A stretch of 64,000 nt of DNA. Source: Amoebidium appalachense (lineage: Eukaryota; Protista; Ichthyosporea). The notes below the pieces were generated by a model. The model was not told where the DNA came from and ran no database searches. It saw only the letters and a list, made by a program, of their open reading frames with translations. Positions 55,452 through 64,000 of the stretch are shown one piece after another (within the stretch, counting starts at the first letter, position 1; every line of letters starts with the position of its first letter). The DNA is taken from positions 8,188,818-8,252,817 of the forward strand of contig CAVNZM010000008.1 of NCBI GenBank assembly GCA_963693365.1. The letters run 5' to 3'. Position numbers and translations under genes: made by a program.

Positions 55452-55860
55452 TTTTTTTTTCTTTTGACTGGATTTATTCGACGGAAAGATATGCAAGTAT
55501 GCACGGCAAACTGAGAAGACAATAAAAACTTCACGAGTTATCCAGTAACAAATGCATACTGAGATACCTGAACACTGTGTGAAAATCATATAAATACTCA
55601 ATGTGACGACCAACAGAATTCAACAAAAAGTCTAAAGTGTTCACATTGCCAGCTAGTGTAGCAGACACCCGTAGGGAAAGAGGTAAAACGCGACATAAAA
55701 ACTCACACCTATCAACATGCTTGCGATTAAAAAGGTCAGCACAAAAGTGGCACCAGCGGCGATGAAAACAAGAATTACAGCGCCACTGCACAACTTCCCA
55801 GGCAATATCAACATCAGAGCACCATACAGACTTATCTACTAGGGAGGTATCCATACGTAC
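55452..55860 (-). mobile_element. Family B short 3' copy, tail-to-tail with A4
   Basis: Matches about 35791-36197. A-rich tail; candidate TSD AGAGAA (55446-55451 / 55861-55866). Confidence 0.85.
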
Positions 55861-56109
55861 AGAGAAAATGAACTGCTTATTATATCTCGATGGAATGTAT
55901 TGGCGTACAGTGGCTCCGACTCCTAAGGCTCTCAAGACTCTCGACACCCAAACTTCCTTTCAATCATCAGACATAAACCTTTGCAACTAAAAGATGGATA
56001 TGTCCCCAAAAACGTTATTCTGTTTGAGAAGTCTTCTTTGGTAGGAATCAACATGTTTGCTCTTGCACGTGATAGATAAGGGAAGCCTCAAGGTTTCGCT
56101 CGAGGAAGC

Positions 56110-56205
56110 TAGCCAATCAGAGGAGGCTCAAAATGGCTTTGATAGCAACCAATCATCGGACGACAATATCACCGCACCAAGCCTGACGACGGATATAAAA
56201 GGGCA
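56110..56205 (+). promoter_or_regulatory. Possible Pol II promoter: two CCAAT boxes plus TATAAAAG
   Basis: AGCCAATCAG (about 56111), AACCAATCA (about 56147), ATATAAAAG (about 56193), ATG at about 56258. The downstream ORF is only about 43 codons and unrecognised. Confidence 0.3.
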
Positions 56206-56839
56206 ACACGGCCCATTTTACCGTCACACCAAACCAGCAAAAACTCTAAAACGGAAAATGGACTGTTCTCAAGTAAACTGCGCCACGTGTTGGGCAAGCG
56301 TAGTAGCCAACTTCCACCGGACTACGCTTGGCAGCTTCCTCCCCATTTCTTCCCTTGACTTCAGCGGCAACAAGGCCCAACTGTCCTGAACGCGTCTACC
56401 TTCGGCGCCATAGCCCGAGGCCTCGTCCACCGACAGCGCCAACAAGGCAAGGGTTCCCCTCTGTGTGGGTTTAAGTTTGGCGGGTGGCCTCTGGCTGCCT
56501 GAGTGCACACCTATGGGTGTGTGCTACCTGTGCGTGTGGGCGTGACTGCATGCCGGGCCCGGCTGACATGGTGCGCAATTGGGCGCACCGGAATGATGCT
56601 GGGCACCAGTGCACGAGCCCCCCACTTGCACTTTACTCCCGCCTCCCCTTCCCTTCCGGCACCACACTCGCACTCACACTCACACCAAGCACACACCCAT
56701 CTGGCGCTATGTTCTCCCTTCCATCCCCATTCCACGTCCCCCCCCCCCTCCCCCCCCCCACACCAAAACGAACCCCATCCTACCCCCCCACCCCCCTCCC
56801 CTCTCCCCCTCCTCCCCCCTTCTCTTCCCACCCCCCAAC

Positions 56840-56897
<58 letters not shown>

Positions 56898-56902
56898 CAC
56901 AC

Positions 56903-56946
<44 letters not shown>

Positions 56947-56958
56947 AAACACAGACAG

Positions 56959-57001
<43 letters not shown>

Positions 57002-57695
57002 GTCACAAACACACACACAAAGCCTTACCCGGCGAAAACTGCATATTGATACATTCATAATGGTATATGTACTATGGCATGTTTTTGTAGGACTCATGCG
57101 GCGGTGCTACCCGAGGGGGGGGGGGGGAAGGGGGGGGGGGGGGAATAGAATTATGAATGTGCAGGCTGGCGAATCGGATATCAAAATTTGAAATTCTAGC
57201 GACTCCTTGAGCTAAAATTCACTTATTAATTTTACATTCGGGTAGCCCCTGAATGAAACATAGATTTGGCGAGAAGCCGCTATTCGAAGAAAAGTTGTCT
57301 CTAAAAGGTACGAAAAAGTAATGGCAGATCCTCTTTGGTTTTAACTCTGTATACGTGTAGTATGGACACCTGCCCCTCCCAAAGGGGGGGGGGCCCTCCC
57401 AAAGGGGAGGGAGGGAGGGGGGGGGGGGGAGGGGAGGGGAAGAAGGGGGGGGGGGGGGGGGGGGGGGGGAGGGGGGGGGAGGGGAGGGGAAGGGTGGCTC
57501 TAGTCGGTTCGGAAAGTTCGGAGAGGCATGGGGCGATATTGATGAGGGGAAAGGCGTGCTGGTGCGGAATGGGGGAGTCACGCCCCTGTCCCCCCCTTGC
57601 TTCCGCCCAAATCCCTCTCCCCCGGGCGGTGCCTCTCGCTCCTTGTTTCTTCATTCCCTCGGGCTTGCTCTCCTGCCGCCCCAACTACCCCCCCC

Positions 57696-57729
<34 letters not shown>

Positions 57730-58213
57730 CCCTTCCCCCCCCCCACCCCCTCTCCAGCGCAGAGGCTAGTGCGGGGGAAATGGCAGGGAGTGGTGGTTGT
57801 CTATATGGTGGGAAGTGCGGATCACAATTCGAAAAAAAATGTCTCTCACAGATACGAAAAAGTAAGTATATTCACTAAGGAGCGAAAGTTGCGGCAGTAT
57901 GCCAAATAGTGTGCATGTCTGCCCCGTTTTGGGGAGGGCGGAGGGGGGGGGGGGGGGGGAGGGGGGGGAGGATTTTTGAGAGAGGAGAGAGACAGGTAGA
58001 ACATAGATAAGAAAGGGAAGAACTGGGGGAGAGGGGAGAAGGGGGGGGGGGGAAAGGGGGGGAGGAAGGTGGGAGAGGGAAGAGATAGCATTGAAAGACC
58101 GGAAAAGCATGGGAAGATATCGATGCAAATGAGAGGAAAGTGTGGCCAGTTACTGAGGAGAGAGGGCAGTGGGGTGGGGGGTGGGGGGGGGGGGGGGGGG
58201 GGAAGGGGTCCGG

Positions 58214-58249
<36 letters not shown>

Positions 58250-59220
58250 AACAGGGATTTTGAGAGAGAATGGGAGAAAAAAGATGAAGATGAGGTTAGA
58301 ACTGGGGGGATGGGGGAAAGGGAGGCATGAGTTTGGGGATATGGCTTGGAAAGACCGAAAGGTGGTCCCCTCCTTCCTCCCGAAGGGTTGAAAGGAGGGG
58401 AAGGGAGGGAGGGGAGGGGGGGGGGGGGGGGGGGGGGAGGAGGAGGGGGGGAGTCTGGCAGTTTTTTATTTATTTATTAATAATAATTATTATTATTATT
58501 ATTATTATTATTTTTTGGGGGGGGGGGGGGGGGGGAAGGAGATCCAGATAGCAATTATTTAGGCCAGTAATATTGGGTGACTAATTCAAAAGGCTCACTG
58601 AGGATGTAAACCGTTCCCCCGTCCCCTTCGCCATACTGTTATGGGAAAAAACGCAACTTCTGGCACCATACTGATCAATACTGTTATAATACGGTAAAGA
58701 ACACAAATACACTGTTGCAGCACGCATTACTCACACGTGCACACATTCACGGGCGAACGTGCATACACGCACACACACAACCAGAAGAAACTCTTTGCAA
58801 AATATTTTTCCTGACAATTTTTCTATCACTATTTCTCACTGATAACAAGCAGCTTTAAACTTGATATACCCTCCACGTGCACAGGCATGCACCTGCACAC
58901 CCAGCAGTCGCACTATAGTCGAATCATGTTTGCAAGATAATACTCGGCCAGTAATATCCTGAGCCCGCAAGTAACGTAAAAGTTTTCCCCCCTCCCCCCC
59001 ACACACACAAACACAAACACTCCCCCCCTCTCCCCCCCCTTTGCCCCCCCCCCCCCCCCCCCCCCACCCGGGGCTGGGCGCATAAATTTATCCCAACCCC
59101 AACCGACCCCAACCCCATTCCACCGCTCCCACTAACGCACACATACACATTACCGGTGCGTACAACATATATGAGCATACACGATTGTGCGTGTCGTCTT
59201 TGAATTTAGCAAGCAGTATA

Positions 59221-59418
59221 GGGGGGGTTTACGCTGTTTACTCGAGGCAAAGAGAACCAGTCTCAGGTATGGGGGGGGGGGGTTTGCTCGGAATATCCCC
59301 TCAGCGGTATATCATGATCACGTACATAGATGTCGGGTGGTGACTATATATCAGGGTTTACTTTCTCTACGAGACACCATAAAGACTACAAGGAGAAATC
59401 AATTAGTTGGGGTTCCCC

Positions 59419-59453
<35 letters not shown>

Positions 59454-59485
59454 GGGCTCCCCTCGGGACACTCGGTATCAGCTGG

Positions 59486-59544
<59 letters not shown>

Positions 59545-60132
59545 TGCGCTATAATTTTGTAGTGATGTGTTTCTCAAGCCAATCAATACATCTAATAAAC
59601 AGGTCGTAGTTACGCGTGTTTAGTATAAAATCAAGGATGTTGTAATTTACAGGTAGGCTATCTTTCTGGGTGTCTGTTGTGAATGTGACGTGTGTGTGTT
59701 GCGGTATTATGTGGTCTATCAAACTACATTTGGCGATACATGACCGGTTAAACTGGTGTGTGTGTGTGTTGTTTGGGCATGCAAATGATGCCACCTTATA
59801 CTTATTAGATCTCCACTGTATAGCACGTGTACAGTAAAAGCGTGGTAATTGATCAATAATACCATCAGCTAGAGAAAGACCAGTTCTACAGGAAGGTAAT
59901 ATGTATTTAGGTGTTATACACTTGCGAGTGCCATATTTGGCAATATGGTTGAGGCGGTCAGTATATATAAAACGAGACATAAGGCTTAGTTTTTCAAGGT
60001 GTATGCTTTCATCGGGTCTAGTGTCGTGTGGTATCTTTTTCCATTTGTTATATTGCGTGATTATCTTGTGATTGTGTACATGTTTAATAAGTAAGTGGCA
60101 GTCCAAAGTCACACACAGTCCAAAGTCACACA
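59221..60132 (-). mobile_element. Family A copy A5
   Basis: 7-bp TSD CAGTATA (59214-59220 / 60133-60139). Translation nearly identical to A2. 17-bp tandem duplication at the 5' junction. Confidence 0.92.
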
Positions 60133-61484
60133 CAGTATACATGTGCACCAACTCTCACAAGCACAAAGAAGACAGGATGTCGTTTTATCTTCACCGTTTT
60201 CCCTATGGCAATAGTATTACGGATACATTCATGATATGCGGAGCCAACTTTGTGAGAGTTGAATATACACAGCCGCAAACTCTTATGATACATCATGTCA
60301 TATTGGCAATATCAGTAGCCTACATGATTTAACGATAGTATCTGGGGAGAGGGATAATCATCAGTGTGTAGAGCCTCCCCCTATCACCTGCTTTTGAACA
60401 CAATATATAGATTCTTGTCCCCTGTGCGCGTCACGTTCTTCAAGTTGCGTGACCTGTGTAGTTTGGGAAAGCTCAAACCTTACTCGATTGAATAATCCTA
60501 CCCATGATGAATAAATTTTTAACGGTTGTGTTGTTAACTTTCAACCGGTCGAAGTCCTTTTTGCTTTGTACGAGGAGGGAATTAGATAACATGGCTTGGC
60601 CCCCACACGGATTCGTAAAAGAACGCAGCAACGGTTGAAGTTGTACCCACACACACCGGTACCCCGTACACCGTGTGGACACACACACACACATGTATAC
60701 ATACCGTCCCAGGTGCAATTTTTGGTGTACAGGGACATGCCGCATGCGCCGGCGCGGCCGCGGCTGCCAGTCGTTATCCACCCGGAATTTGAGCCGGAAT
60801 TTGTGAAAGAATGCAATGCAAAATTGCCACTCATGTTCTATATAATAGTCTCAATTATGAGTTCCCCGGTTAGAACTTTTTTTTGCCTCTTCTGAGATTT
60901 CAAAAATCATCAACTTCTTTTTCTACCTTACTGGTGACAATCAATCATCTTCCGCCCAGGACAAATTTCATTGCGTACCTAAACAACGAGTCTGGCGCTT
61001 TCTTATAGATTTATAGGTCGGCATGCGCTCACATAGTTTAACTCTAGAACTCGTAAGAGCAACACTTTTGATTGGTGAACGATAAATGTGGGTATAGTCG
61101 TCTAAGGTCTTCTGAATAATAGCGTTTCGCCAGGTCTTAGTCTATGTATTGCATTTCTACACAAATGATTTCTAAATGTTTTGTGAAATTAGCCTGTTAC
61201 AATAGCGCATGTCACGTCAGTGTGATCTTGATGATGGCCATTTTATATTATATTAAAATTATTCATTATGTTTTTCTGGCCATTTTATAAGATATTGGCA
61301 GGCGAATGCGGGGCTCCCGTCTGCTAGATGGGGCCGGTGGCTCATGCCCCTCGCGCAGGTACAATCCAAAACTGTTATGAGAAAACGAATGTGTGTGTTT
61401 GTGATCCACGTCATATGTGTGTGCATGTGCTCATGTGTGTACACGTGTGTGCGTGTGTGTGTTTCTGTGTGTATCACAGTGTGC

Positions 61485-61535
<51 letters not shown>

Positions 61536-61699
61536 TGTGTGTGTATGTGTCACGGTTCCTGTCGCGAGAAACTAGGAGGTACGTGTGCGGGGAAAGTCTT
61601 TGGGCATTTGGGACAGGAAGAGAGGGGTGGGGTGGGGGGGGGGGGGGGGGGGGGGGAGGGGGGGGGAGGAGGGGGGGGGGGGGGGGTGTTAATAAACAC

Positions 61700-63210
61700 C
61701 CGTCCCACCCAATCAGAAAGAACTTCTTTGCAGATGGGTGGCCATATGCTTTTAGACACATGACCAAAAAAAAATTGCAGAGTCGGTGTTACAACTCTGG
61801 TAGTACCGCACCTGCTCGCCTCCGCTTGCCACCACAATGGCCTCGTCTTTCGACCACTGGTATGGGAACAACCGTTGGCCTCCCAGCTAGGAAAGGAGGG
61901 CCACTATAACCAGGAAAGTCAACCAATACAGCTGCAGGAAGGTCAGTAGCGGGGGACTCCCCAGGCCTGTATAGGAGATCAACCACATGGCCGACTGCAC
62001 CATTCACCAAACCCAGCTTGACATTCAGCTTAGCAAGAGAGAGAGAGAGAAAGAGGAGGAGAGAGAGAGGGAGAGAGAGGGGGGGGGGGGGGGGGGGGGA
62101 GAGAGAGAGAGAGAGAGGGAGAAAGGGAGAGACAGACAGAGATAAAGAGAGAGAGGGAGGGAGGGAGGGAGGGAGAGAGGGAGAGAGTGAGAGAGGGGGG
62201 AGAGAGAGAGAGAGAGAGAGAGAGACCTCTCTCTTAGTTATATTCTTGTCACCTGAAGAAACACGAGCACCAACTGCAAGACACAATTCTGGCTCAAGAC
62301 CACCAACAACATCAGCAGGTGCATTTTTAGCAAGTGCAGAGTCCACAGAATTCTGCGCTACCAGCCGTGCCACAGATTTTCCCATTGCGTGCAGACTGCA
62401 TGTTGTAAGCATACACCCGGTTCTTATTGGCCATTATTCTCATAGCCCCTTCAAACAAACCCCACTCGCCAGTGGCTGCTAAGGATTCTCTCGAACGAGA
62501 CATGAGAAACTGCCAATCACCAGGTTGCATCTGACCATTGCGCAGGCGAAGAAGAAACGCCTTAAAAGCCAACTCCTCTTCATTAACACCCAACTGCCTT
62601 TTAACCACATCCAACATGCCACTACTGTTTTGAATTTCAAAATCTCACTTGAGCCTAGGAGTTTGAAATTCTGCTCGTCCTTCGTGTGGTCGTAGGGTTC
62701 ATACTGCGCAGGATCGCCACACGGAGGTAACTGTGCCATATCGCCTACCAGAATGATTGATACCTTATCCAATACCCTGGCTTCCTCTAGACGCGTTAGC
62801 AAAATTCCCAGCATGCCCTGTCCTATCATAGACATCTCATCAATTATCAAATAGCGGCAATGGCAAAGCTTTCTTTGTATTGCAGCTAACTGAGCGCTAG
62901 AGGCATACGGCTTGGTAGTCCCAATAGGTACCTTGACATCAAAAAGACGATGCAGGGTTTCCCCACCTATGTTATGTGCTGCAACACCAGTTGGTGCCGC
63001 AAGCCGCACAAATTCGTTTGGCGGGACCCCCAACTCCACGGCACGTTCACGCAGCGATCTTACCATGTGGTGAACAGTCCAACTTATACCGCAACCGCCA
63101 TAGCCGGCAAGAATCATAAGCAATGGTGGACGTGTACCTTCGGGGGCAGACACATGCTCCTGCAGAATATCATATGCTACCTGTTGTTTGCCTTCAAGTC
63201 TTCCAGCCAC
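61700..63210 (-). pseudogene. Decayed PIF1-family (SF1B) helicase of Helitron RepHel type
   Basis: LAGYGGCGIS (Walker A with Lys replaced by Ile), AAPTGVAAHNIGGETLHRLF, YLIIDEMSMIG, ILVGDMAQLPP, VKRQ, LLRLRNG, LCLAVGARV, GLVNGAVG. At least two frameshifts; C-terminal motifs lost. Confidence 0.82.
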
Positions 63211-63244
63211 CTATTACAACAGGTATGATGAGTGTCTCACTGTG

Positions 63245-63286
63245 TGCATATTTTCATGTGTGTGCTTGCTGCCTTGTGTGTGTGCC

Positions 63287-63317
<31 letters not shown>

Positions 63318-63501
63318 GGGGGAAGGGGGGGGGGGGGGGGGGGGGGAAGCTAGTGGTGTGCATGTGGGTGTGCATGTGACTTTGCTTGTGTGCATGTGTG
63401 CATGTTCAGCCTGAGTGTTGATTGTTCGAGCGCAGCATGCGCTCAAGGCTTGTGTTTTGCATATTTTCATGTGTGTGCTTGCTGCCTTGTGTGTGTGCCG
63501 T

Positions 63502-63532
<31 letters not shown>

Positions 63533-63675
63533 GAAGAAGGGGGGGGGGGGGGGGGGGGGGGGGGGGGAAAGCTAGTGGTGTGCATGTGGGTGTGCATGTG
63601 ACTTTGCTTGTGTGCATGTGTGCATGTTCAGCCTGAGTGTTGATTGTTCGAGCGCAGCATGCGCTCAAGGCTTGT
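63245..63675. repeat. Tandem duplication of a unit of about 215 bp
   Basis: TGCATATTTTCATGTGTGTGCTTGCTGCC starts at about 63246 and 63458; each unit contains a G-run. Confidence 0.85.
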
Positions 63676-63737
63676 GTTGGCATTGTGTGTGTGGCAGTGA
63701 CGCTGTGTGCCACCCAGTGACTATGTGTGTGTGTGTC

Positions 63738-63795
<58 letters not shown>

Positions 63796-64000
63796 GTGTG
63801 TGTCACGGTGCTTCCTGCCTTTGGTGCGCTTGTTCGTGACTTGTGCGGACGTGACGGCATGCGTGACTGTAAAAAACTTGAAAGCCTAGCAGACTAGCAA
63901 GGGCCGGGGATAAGCGAGGGAGGGAAGGGAGGGGCACACAGAGGGGAAAGGGTAGAAGGGGGAAGGGGGGAGAGAGGGGTGGGGAAGGGGGGGGAATATG

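Noticed and set aside
57190-58605. Possible degenerate TIR pair around a G/C-run-rich block
   Set aside because: The similarity is too weak and no TSD is visible.

Overview
Intron-rich eukaryotic genomic DNA; the organism cannot be identified from the sequence. It is saturated with poly(C)/poly(G), (CA)n/(GT)n and (CT)n tracts, so most ORFs in the supplied track are repeat artefacts. I assembled four spliced genes by hand: the 3' part of NOL6/Utp22 (+, 570-9022), an alpha-arrestin with PPxY and a C-terminal C2 domain (-, 12764-15698), a secreted His-brace LPMO, AA15-like (-, 25518-29448), and a 19-exon ROK1/DDX52 DEAD-box helicase (+, 36825-52815). Intergenic DNA holds three related 5'-truncated non-LTR retrotransposon families (here A, B, D), three TIR elements and a decayed PIF1/Helitron-type helicase. 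Three signals stand out. (1) A non-coding repeat (family C, about 12 copies) occurs only in introns and always in the host-sense direction. Its copies are 5'-truncated, mostly sit beside C-runs, end in CATTC(T)AAC, and carry an RNA fold supported by covariation, including a crossing helix. (2) LINE family A ends in oligo(C) directly against its TSDs, and families C and D share an AAC+C-run end. (3) Many 3' splice sites are long (CA)n tracts ending in AG, with no polypyrimidine tract. Coordinates were counted by eye and may be a few bases off; no searches or folding computations were run.
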